From Gekko japonicus (Eukaryota): DNA of 64,000 nucleotides. This document shows, one piece after another, positions 12,916 through 23,200 of the stretch; the stretch's first letter is position 1, and the number at the start of each line of letters is the position of its first letter. A model generated the notes under the pieces. The model was given only the letters and a program-made list of their open reading frames with translations, had not been told where the DNA came from and made no database searches. A program made the translations under genes and the position numbers. The stretch is taken from the NCBI RefSeq assembly GCF_001447785.1, contig NW_015162558.1, positions 124,001 through 188,000 on the forward strand. Reading direction: 5' to 3'.

Positions 12916-13536
12916 ATGAAACTCCACATCTCCAGCGCTTTGGTCTCTTCCCGCCTGGAACGCGCCCCAGATCGGCAGGGGTTGCTGTATAAAAAGAGCA
13001 GTCGCAGTTCCTCCTACCACCCGTGTTGGTGCACGCTCTGGGGTAATGTTCTGTTCCGTCGAGAGCGAGCTGGAGACCGGGATCCTCCTAAACTCATCAT
13101 CTTGGAAGGCTGCACCGTGGAGCTGCTAGACTCCACATCTGAACCATATGCCTTTGAAATTTCTTACCCCTGTGGGTTACCTGGTAGCCGGGCATACCAG
13201 ATGGCAGCTGAGAATCAAGAAACTCTGGAGGGCTGGGTGCGAGCGCTCAGCACCGCAGGGTTTGGATACCTCCGAGCCTTGGCTGCCGAGCTGGAAGGGC
13301 AGTTTCGAATGCTGAAGAACCAACCGCCTCTCAAATTGGATGGAGCCCCGGTAGCCTCAAAGAACTGCAAGCTACTCCTTCCAAAACTGGTGGCTGAAAT
13401 GGAATCCAAAGGGACAAATTTCTCACAGCTCCACCAAGAATTTGGTGAGGACATTGTGAGGTTAAGGTATATGTGGCAAGAAAAGAAAGCTGGCAAGAAG
13501 CAACCTACAAAAGAGAGTTTGATAGATCTGGGGTAG
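12916..13536 (+). CDS. Sesquipedalian/PHETA (FAM109, IPIP27) family PH-domain endocytic adaptor, 206 aa; candidate third paralogue
   Basis: Kozak ccaccATG just after acceptor tttcag|G (12904). Family hallmarks: MKL start, GLLYKK, W-x-x-L-x-GN-x-LF, IILEGCTVEL, AAENQETLEGWVRALS, YLRALAAELE coiled coil, and F&H motif FSQLHQEFGEDIVRLR. Single coding exon as in PHETA1/2. AATAAA at 13704-13709. Confidence 0.92.
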   Translation: MKLHISSALVSSRLERAPDRQGLLYKKSSRSSSYHPCWCTLWGNVLFRRERAGDRDPPKLIILEGCTVELLDSTSEPYAFEISYPCGLPGSRAYQMAAENQETLEGWVRALSTAGFGYLRALAAELEGQFRMLKNQPPLKLDGAPVASKNCKLLLPKLVAEMESKGTNFSQLHQEFGEDIVRLRYMWQEKKAGKKQPTKESLIDLG

Positions 13537-13703
13537 GAAAAAATCGGCAATACCAGACACTTGACTACAACGAGCAAGTCCAGAGAATTGGAGTCTATTC
13601 TGGGGAAGGGAAAGACACTGCTAGGAATAACTTCCTGAATCAACTGTTTGATCTGCATCTGTGAAACAGACACCTTAGGTATTTTTTTAAAAGAGAAGAT
13701 TTT

Positions 13704-13709
13704 AATAAA
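13704..13709 (+). terminator. Polyadenylation signal of the PHETA-like gene
   Basis: AATAAA about 170 nt after the TAG. Confidence 0.6.
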
Positions 13710-14270
13710 TTAAAGAAAAACAGTGAGCAATGTGTAATTTACTGCAATTTTACCCTCAAGGAAAAATTGCTCAGCATGAGGAAGGGAATGCTAGTTATGT
13801 TGATATCTGGGCCTAGCAAAGGGATACCTCAGGGAGTGCTTGCAGAGGGAGAGGGGAAGCTTTTTGGCAACGCAAATCCTTCACAATCTGCTATACATCT
13901 CCACCAAAAGACAAGGTTAAAGTTCTTTTTATAATTTGATCCTAATAACCTATCAGTCGTGATCACAGAGTCCTAACCCAGTATCAGTAGGCCAGCTATG
14001 TTTAACAGGATGCCCTTTTAATCAGCACAGCCAATCGGAAACCCTGCTGGGCAAAAGCCCCACCCACTTTCTAAAAGCACTTGGCAGGCACCAGGAAAAG
14101 TGTGGGTGGGCACTATGGGGCACATGGGGACCCTGGCCTTTGAGGTCTTCCTCAGTCCTCTCTGCAGTCCTTTAACAGGGATTGAATCCAGGACCTTCTA
14201 GGTACAAGGCAGTACTCTACTACTGAGGCATCATGTCCATTCTATCATATGTAATTTGCGTCCTCCTTAA

Positions 14271-14600
14271 TGGTTAAGACGCTGAACTGCAGGCTGTGGA
14301 AGGTCGGTAGTTCAGCAGTTCGAGACCCAGGTGCCGCATGGTGGAGTGAGCTCCCGTCTCTAGTTCCAGCTCCTGCCAACTTAGCAGTTCAAAAGCAAGA
14401 AATTGCAAGTAGATAAATAGGTACCACTTCGGTGGGAAGGTAACAGCGTTCCATGCGCCTTGGTGTTTTAGTCATGTCGGCCACATGACCATGGAAATGT
14501 CTTCGGACAGCGCTGGCTCTTCGGCTTTGAAACGGAGATGAGCACCGCAACCCTAGAGTCTGATTCGACTGGCTTTCGAGCAAGGGAACCTTTACCTTTA
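14271..14600 (+). mobile_element. Sauria SINE, slightly 5'-truncated
   Basis: Near-identical to 1751-2097. Confidence 0.88.
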
Positions 14601-15779
14601 CTTTTTTAATCCTACTATGTAATTCTCGTCACACATTTATCCAGCTCAGGCTTAATTCTCATAACGTATTTATCCAGCTCAGGACACTAACTGTGAACTT
14701 ATGCACCATCTGTAAATTGTTGCTTTTTAACTAGTGAATGTTTTATCATAAATGCTGTTCACCGCTCTGAGCCCTGTGTAGAGGGGAGGGCGGTTTACAA
14801 GCCGAATAAATAAATCTAAGAAGAATGTTTGTTTCCAGCAACCAGAAAGCACACCTCAGACTTTGATCCTTCCAGTGATTTGAAGGCAAATTCTGATCAC
14901 TGGCCTAAATGTTACGCCTGGCTCCTTTGAGTCCACATTCCTCTGCACAGTAGCCTTCCCGTCACCCAAGTTTTTGATAGACTATCAATAAATTTGTCAA
15001 AATGGGTCTAACAGCCCAGAGTGGTGGTGTCAAACTGAGACCTGGCTTCAAATACTCAGTTGCTGTGAACAGAGGTCATTTTGGGGGGGGACCGCGGGGG
15101 ATCGCAGTTCCCCCGGGTGAGGTGCGGGGGGCGGGGCACATGATGAAGCCCCGCCCCCTGCTTCCAGCCGCCGCACTTCCAGCCCTCATTCAGCCAGGAG
15201 GAGGCAGGAGAAGAGGGAGGGTAAGTTGCTTCCTCCCCGCCTCTCCCCACCCCTGCTTATGACACACTTCCGGTGATGTCAGGGGGTGTGGCCTTATGAC
15301 ACACTTCCGGTGATGTCAGGGGGTGTGGCATATGCTAATGAGTTATGCTAATGAGTTCCCCTAGCTCTTTTTCTACGAAACGAAGCCTGGCTGTGAAGCT
15401 TATTGAGTGACCTTGGGCCAGTGTCACCCTCAGCTTCCCCTACATTTCAGGGTTGTTGTGAGGATGAAACAGAGGCGGGAAGGGCCATGCACAGCACGCT
15501 GAACTCCTTGAAGGAAGGGCAGGATAAAAATGCACCAAGCAAAATAGAAATAAATTTGAGAATCAGAGTGGGGTCATGGGTAGAGTGTTCGGCTTGGACT
15601 AGGGAGACGGAGTTCAGGCACGAAGCCTATTAGGTGACCTTGGGACCAGTCTCTCAAGCTTTACCTACTTGGCAGGGTTGTTGTGATAAAGCGGATCCAA
15701 CTCCGATGGGTAAAGCGATCTAGTGGCCCTCGAGATGGATGACTCGACCCCAGTTCATAACCACAAACAAATGCCTGTT

Positions 15780-16310
15780 AGTTGTTGTATATCTTCTGGG
15801 CTGTATGGCCGTGGTCTTGTGGCACCTGGCGTTTCGCCAGCAGCTGTGACTGGCATCCTCAGAGGTATAACACAGAAAGATGGAGTACTCTCTGTGTCAA
15901 GGTGAGAAGACAAATGATAGGCAGGTCGTTTATATCTACTCAGGAAGGTGAAGTCGGGCTGAGTCATTATTTTGTAGGCGTTTCCCAGGCTGATGTGCTA
16001 ATGCAGGAGCTTTCCTGAGGAGGTTCTTTTGCACATGGATTGGCTGTTGAAATTCTAATCTTATCTGTAGTGCTGTTGTAAGATGTAGAGCATTTTGTGT
16101 TTTTCAGTACAGGAAACCATGCCCTGTTTATTTTTAAACTCCCTTCTTTCCTGTTGAAATTGTGTTTATGTTTATGAATTTTAATGGCTTCCCTGTGTAA
16201 TTTGACATGGTAATTGGATGTTTTCCAGCCTTTCAGTGTCTTGGGATGAGATACTGTGTCCTGTTTGAGTTAGCCTGTGTTCAGCCACTGCTGATTTTTC
16301 AGGTTGCCTC
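15780..16310 (-). mobile_element. Penelope-like element fragment (GIY-YIG C-terminus plus terminal repeat)
   Basis: Minus strand encodes degenerate QPEKSAVAEH..TGHSI...HREAIKIHKHKHNFNRKE, followed by a hammerhead-bearing terminal region. Confidence 0.82.
15825..15865 (-). ncRNA. Minimal type I hammerhead ribozyme fold of the Penelope element, mutated at the cleavage triplet
   Basis: CCU-CUGAGGA-U-GCCAG(ucacagcug)CUGGC-GAAA-C-GCC-AGG; GCC replaces GUC. Confidence 0.7.
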
Positions 16311-16453
16311 ATTAATGATCTAACTTGATCAATTATCTACTTCACTGATACCCACTTTTCTCCCCAATGGTGACCCAACGCAGCTCACAACATCTTTGTC
16401 TGCTCGTCCACTTTATCCTCATAACAGACCCGCAAGGTAGGTTAGGCTGTGAG

Positions 16454-16921
16454 CAATGTTCCCGCTAAACTGTGGGGTCTTGTGAGCAAAAATTCTACTT
16501 TGTGAGCTACTGGCATTAAAGTTGTGAGCAAGCAATATGGCTAGTGCATAAATTAGCTTGCTCTGGAGCCACCCTTCCTGAGCTGAGACAAAAAATGTGT
16601 GAGCCGGAGGCTGAAAAACGGAGCTAACTCAGAGCTAGCTCACGCTAACTCAGGGAACACTGGCTGTGAGAGCGTGACTGACCCAAGGTCACCCTGGCAT
16701 AGTGGAGGTCTAAACCAATGCTCCCTCTCAGCTGTGGCATCTTGTGAGCAGAAATTCTACTTTGTGAGCTACTGGCATTAAAGTTGTGAGTGACTGATTT
16801 GGCTACTGCATAAGTTACTTTGCTCTGGAGCCGTCCTTCCTGAACTAAGACAAAAATGTGTGAGCTGGAGGCTAAAATACTAAGAGCTGGCTCACACTAA
16901 CTCAGCTTAGAGGGAACACTG
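16454..16921. mobile_element. Two family-A hAT MITEs (16454-16662, 16716-16921)
   Basis: Same TIRs; first copy has TSD gctgtgag. Confidence 0.85.
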
Positions 16922-19534
16922 GGTCCAAACCTGGGTCTCCCGGATTCTAGTCCGACATGCTAGAATGAAGTCCAACCACTGCTTTCCCCCCAATCTGACT
17001 ACCACGCAGCTCTCCAAAGTCTTCACGAAGTGACCAGATACCTGAGGTGCCGATCCTGAGCTACGGGCCCTGCCGCATCTCTTTCCACAGACGAAAGCTT
17101 CCTCCTCTCCCCAACCACGGACACAACAACAATCCTATGCAACGCATCCCACCGCACCCCCAATCAACGGAGACACTCCAAGAGCTTGAATGTTGTTTCT
17201 TTTGTTAACATTTTTAAACAAAGCAATGGAGAAAAAAATCAATGAAAACGAGGCACAAACGACAAAAAAAGTTATTAACAGGGTGGACAGCAAGGAGTTG
17301 TCGGCTGTAAACTTCCAGTTTTTCTGCTCTTCCTGATTAGGCGGGTGGAAAGCTAAAAAAAAATTATAGAAGGCGAGGGGTAGATTTGGATGAATCCCTA
17401 ATTTCCAGTGTCTGTCCCATTAAATAAGAACACAAGGTCAAAAAAAAAATCAAAAATCTCAAGTACCTGTATACATAATTACAATACTGAAAACATATAT
17501 ATAATATATGTGTTATAGGAAGAAGTTATGTACAGAGATGAGGATGTGCTAACAGGGGCTCTACCCCCCCTGGGGTCATTGGAGTGGGGGAGATGGCGGA
17601 CTTTGGGAGAAGCTGTCATTTGACAGCAAGTAAATTTGGGGAAGCAAGGACTTAAAAGAGGTTCCTGGCTCCGGCTACACTGACGACTGCAGAGACTGTG
17701 ACCCAGAGGAAAGGGGAGGATGCCTCTGCAGAAGCTGAAAGGGGGGGGGAGAAGACAAGCCATGAAAGGGGCACCCCAAGTCCCAGGGGGCCAAGTTGTG
17801 GCCCCGCCTCCTTCCCGGAACCCCTTTTCCGACAGACTGCCAACAGTGCCGGCTCCCGACTCCTGCTCGGTCTGCTGCTACCGCTGGGGCAGCAGGCCCC
17901 TCCAGACTGCAGGGCACCAGAAATGTCTCACGACCACCAAGGGTTCAGCAAGCCCCCCCCCCCATGGTGACAAGAAGGGGGACTGGGGCTGGGGGGGGAA
18001 TGACACACAATGCTCTTTTGAGGCCACACAGCAGACCACAAAGACGGTGCGTTCCAATTATTTTCTAGGGTAATGTTCACTTCCCATTGAGGAAGAAGGT
18101 GAGATGGAGGATGTACCAGTTGGGCATGTCTGCACGACATGTGGCAGACATTTTAAAACTGCTTTCAATCAACATGACACCTGCCCCAAAAGCTCTGTTG
18201 TTCACTGAAGAGACACAGGAGCTCTAATTTTTTTTTTTTTTAAGCCTTCTCAGCCATTTCTCAGAACTTTAATTCTTTGTTGACTTGGTTTAAACCAATC
18301 ATGGAAATGCGTCCTCAGTCTCCGGCAACTGAAGCCGGGGGCTGGATTTATCCTAATAGTCGAGGACAATGTTTCTAACTGGGAAGGGGAGGGGGGCAGA
18401 TATAAATTTGCAATAAAAAAAAGAAATCTTCCTGGGGTGGCAGAAGTTCCTATGAAGCTTTGGCTGACTACAAGCCAGAGAATCACTGCCAACAAAGCAG
18501 GTTTCCCCACCTTGCTCATACAGGAATGCAGGAGCTGGAAGGCAGAACTCCTGGGTCGGGAATGAATTAACTTTCCTTCCTCACTGAAGGATTCTGATTC
18601 ACCCAGGAATCCGGACAACCATACCTAAGCACCCAACTGCATCTCCCCCGGCCGCCGGCACAAACGTAATTTTAACAGCAGATGAATGGCTAAGCCGCCA
18701 CACCCATCCTGACGGAGACCCTCGACCTAGAATGGTTGACCCAGCAGGCAAAAACCCCATTCGGCCCACCTTTCAGACTTCTGCCTGCCAGGTGACACCT
18801 AAAAGAACAAGCAAATGGCAGCAATCCTAAGCCATAAGTAACCATGCAAGGGGCCAGGAGCAAGAGGAAGAAGAGAAGACGGCTTTAAGGGGATTTCTCT
18901 TATTAGCCTACCAAGAGCTCATCAGGTTTAGGCTGGAGCAGCGAAATGCCCAGCAACAATTTAAGGAATGGAAGAAGAGTTAGAAGACCAAAGGGTAGCG
19001 CTGGGAGGACCGGACGCTGCTTTTAAAACTAGCCTCTCTGGAGGGGGGGGGTGGCCTACGCAGCCTGCAGTGGTTAAAGAGCTGTAAACAGGGAAGATTC
19101 TATATACAGTACTTGAGAGGGAGGATGCTGGAGTTATTAATACCAGTACCGCCTTGGTTATGTCTCCAAGCTGGGAGCAGGGAAGGTACCGCTGCACTGG
19201 TTGGCCGTGGTGAAAAACCTGCAGTGGCGCGCCCACTGGGAGAAGAGCGGCCATCTTGCTTTGGCCCTATTCCGTAACAAAGATGAAGGGTCGGAGGAGG
19301 GAGGGGGTTCAGTCCACCTCAAATCAGGCACGCGAAGAGAGAGGCGAGCACACGGACACTCAATAAAACACCGCTCTGGCCCCACACTGGGTGGTTCCCC
19401 TCGGCACTCCTCCTCCTCCTCCTGTCCTCCGGGTCCCCCTACCACAATGAGAGTGTCCCTGGTGTTGGCCACCATCTTGGTCCTTGGCTGAAGGGAGGGA
19501 GTTCCTGGGGCACGTGCTGCCCCCCCAGCCCCCC

Positions 19535-20257
19535 TCAAAAGTACGTGTCTTGCAGCACAGACGCCGTCGGAGCATCCCCGTCTTTTCCTTCCTCACTGGG
19601 TGGCGGAGGGGCCGATTTGGGTTCCTTTTTCCTCAGCGACAGTTTTTGGTCCTTCTTCAGCCGGGCTTCCTCTTTGGCGCGTTCCTTCTGCTGCTTCTTC
19701 TCCCGCTCTTTTTCCTGCCTCTCCCGCTCTTTTTCCTTCTTCTCCCGCTCCTTCTGCAGCTTCCGCTCCCGCTCCCGCTCCCTCTCCTGCTTCTCCTTCT
19801 CCAGCCTCTCCTGCCTTTCCCGCTCCTTCTCTTTCCGCTTCTCCTCTTTGCTGCTGCCCCCGGTCGGCTTGGGGCCACCGAGGGGCATGTTGTTCCCTGT
19901 CGGGGAGGGCAAGGCGGGGTGGAGCCCTTCGGACACCACCACCTGGCTCTGGGCGGCGGGAGGGGCCGGAGGGGGAGCCACGGAGGCAGCCAAGGTGCCC
20001 ACGGAGTGTGCTGGGGAGAAGGAGGGACCGCTCAGGCTGCCGTGAGTAACCCTCTGCTTCAGGCCCGTGAGACTCAAGAGGCTGGCGCTGGCCGTGAGGG
20101 GCGGGTTCATGCGGTGGCGCTCCTCGTGGATGGCTCGCGAGCCGTGGAGCCGCCGGGAGGGCTTGTACTGGAGCTCACCCCGCGTCTCTCGCCACTTCTT
20201 CAGCTGGGTGGCGTTCTCTCGTTCTATGAGGGCTTCGGTCACTGGGAGAGTCATCAC
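19535..20257 (-). CDS. TBC1D10B: TBC1D10B last exon
   Basis: [47 protein letters not shown]...[13 protein letters not shown], an E/K/R coiled coil, then KLSLRKK...QDTYF*. Confidence 0.95.
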   Translation of the reverse strand: MMTLPVTEALIERENATQLKKWRETRGELQYKPSRRLHGSRAIHEERHRMNPPLTASASLLSLTGLKQRVTHGSLSGPSFSPAHSVGTLAASVAPPPAPPAAQSQVVVSEGLHPALPSPTGNNMPLGGPKPTGGSSKEEKRKEKERERQERLEKEKQERERERERKLQKEREKKEKERERQEKEREKKQQKERAKEEARLKKDQKLSLRKKEPKSAPPPPSEEGKDGDAPTASVLQDTYF

Positions 20258-23200
20258 CTGAACAAGGAGGGGGAGGGAAACGGAGGTGAGAAGAAGAGTC
20301 CCGGTGGCATCTCCTCTCTCACCACAGCCCCTCTGGCCTACCACACATACCTTGACCTGGCACCACCCCACAGAGACACTGGGAAACGTGCACATTCAAG
20401 ACTATGGCAGGACCTCCCCTTCCCCACCCACAGAAGCCCACCAGGCAGTTGACACTCAAGTTGCATTTCCCCCCTTGTCTCGTTTTCCTTTTTGTTTTGT
20501 TTTTTAATTCTCTGTCTTATTTTGAACTTGTTCAGTACGTCCATTAAACAGAACTTTGTCTTCTCGGAGACAAAAAAAAATCTACCGCTTGGCAAGACGC
20601 AAGCTGGAAGAGAGGAACCCCCCGCTTAATCTTTTCCTCCTATATATGCCGTGTTTCCCCGAAAATAAGACACTGTCTTATATTTATTTTACACACTAGG
20701 GCGTATACCACAAATGCATAGAAAACCTGCTAGGGCTTATTTTGGGGGTAGGTCTTATTTTCAGGATGTTCTTGTACTTCGCATCTCTGTGGTCCGGTTG
20801 TATTTAGTGAATATTATTTTCCTCCTGGCTGTGCTCCAGCTCAAACGCACCCTTCCCAAGGGCAACCCGTATGTCCCCCCCCAAAAAAAGAGAGACAGAT
20901 TTGCAGCTTCGGGAAGACCAGAGTAGAGAACGTCAGAACACAAGAAGAGCCCTGCTGGGTGAGACCAAAGGCTCGTCAGGTCCAGCATTCTGTTCACGCA
21001 CTGGCTGACCACTCGGGAGCCCCCGAGCGGGATGACTGCAACAGCAGCCTCCAGTCCGTGCTCCCCTGCAACTGCCTCTGGTGCTGGAAGGAGGAGATAA
21101 CAGTCGTGACTAGCAGCCATCGGCAGCCCTGTCCTCCATTAATTTGTCCACTCTCCTTTTAAAGTCTCCCAAACGGCCTTAAACATTTCCTTCTGGACCC
21201 ACCTTTCTTTCACTCCAGCTTACACCCCTCACTCTGACTGACGCTGGGCTTTTAAGAAATGCAGAGGGAAAGAACAATGCCGCCTTCTCCTTAATATCTA
21301 CTTCGACCCGGAGATCAGTGACGTTCCTTAAACCACCACCTCCCCCGCCCCCGAATCATAGGGAATTATGGGAAGCAACACCAAACATTTCTATTGACAT
21401 CCAGGTAACAGCCCTCTTTTATGGGCATGAGATTCACTTGAAAGAAAGCAACAACAGGATTTTGAGTGCATTCGACTCAGGTTTAAAATTAACGTGTCCT
21501 TATATCTGACCATGTAAATGTTGTGTCTGATATCTGAAGGTGCTAAAGTTCTGTTGTGAACAGACAAGGTCGAAATCTAGTAAATTCTTACAAGGGGCCA
21601 TGTGCCTGGCTGCTTACTCTACAAGTGTGGAATCTAATGTATCGAAAGGATGCACACAGAATTAAACTCTGTTGGTCTTCAAGGTGCCGCTGGACTCAAA
21701 CTTTGTTCTGCATCCTTCCAAGACAGGTTCCTAGTCCTCATGGCTGCCAACAGAAATCTAGAAATTCGAACTGATGATGACCCAGAAACTAGAGCAATCA
21801 CCTACCACAAATGGACTCTGCCAAGACGGAAATGACCAACGCGGGCACCATACGGGACCAAGCCCCTTTGTGTAAATGTGGTGTTTCTTAGGAATACATG
21901 CCTCATCTGTAAACCCTTAGCCACGTCCTGCCAGAACTTCTGCATGTGCCATCGTGTTTTCAGCCCAGGATCCAACTTTCTCCCCTCCAGCTTCACCCCA
22001 CTTGCTTCTCTGTTTAGCACATCGTCCCCAGGCCGGAGCTCTCACCTCATGGACCAAGTTGTCCTCTTGCATAGTCTGGAATGGCAGGTTTCGCAGCTTC
22101 TCCATCGTCTCGTACATGCCCTGGCACGAGCGCAGCTTGTCGACTGAGCCCAGGGTGTTCCGCAGCAGCACCAGGCCCACCCGGAAAACTATCTTCACCC
22201 CTGTGTGGATCACAAGCCGAGAGAGAGAGAAGAGTGTAACAGGCTGTATACTGGGGGGAGGCGGGAAGCGCAGCCTTCCTCTCTGTGAGATGCTGAGATG
22301 CAGGGAAGGAAAGAGAGGCGGGGGACTGTGCAGGGGGCACCTGGGGATTTCATCAGATGAATGGACAAAGCAGATCCCAGGTGCTCTTTATAGCACTTTA
22401 GGATAACCATGTCAAGCCTGGGATTGGGTAGAGGGTAGCCGGGGAACCCAGGCGCTCTTATCATTTTCGTCAAACATGTTCCTAGGCCTCAGACTACAAC
22501 CAGGTCAGCCAGTGGCTTGGGAATCCTCCTCCTGTTCAATAATGGAAGTTGAGTTTCTAGAAAAAAGAGCAGTTCTGTCTCTGGGGAGGCCGCTTTCCCT
22601 GTCAACTGGGAGGGAAAGGACACCAAGTGGCCAAACGCGCAAGGCTTTACGGGGACGGGAGGCCGAGTCTCACCTTCGCAGAAGAACATGTCCCAAACAC
22701 GCAGCACGGAGCACCAGGGCAAGGTCCGGGAGAAGATGCACATAAACCACTCGGTCATGTACAGGATGGGGTCGATCTTGTACCTCTTCAGGTGGCGGTA
22801 GGCAATGGGGGACACCCGCCGCAGGAGAGCAAAGAAGATCTCCCCGTCCAGCTGGATTGCCTCCTGCACGAGACACATTTTGGGGTGAAGAGGAAGTTGG
22901 AGACCCTGCAAACAGCGCCCTCTTTCTGTTCCCCCCGCCTGCTCCCGCTTTCCCTCCCATCACTGCCCTCCACTGAGAAAAGAGGAGCCAGAGGTTCAAA
23001 AGGTCACACAGTCTGGACATGCATGCACTGTACGCATCTACCCAAACGGTTAAGTATCTACAGCTTCTGCAGGAGGGCAGGGGAAAGATGTGGTCTAACT
23101 GTTATGAGATGGGGAAGGAGGCAGAAACTCTGCAGCCCAGTAGCAGCCCCAGAAAGGCAGGAGGGTAGTCTTTTTTATGCAGCTGTTCAAGGCAGTGTAA

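Noticed and set aside
19484-20452. 322-aa Leu/Phe/Pro-rich plus-strand ORF and overlapping ORFs
   Set aside because: Antisense shadows of the purine-rich E/K/R coding repeat in the TBC1D10B last exon.
21771-21790. CTGATGA...GAAA hammerhead-like core
   Set aside because: No room for stem II and no flanking stems.
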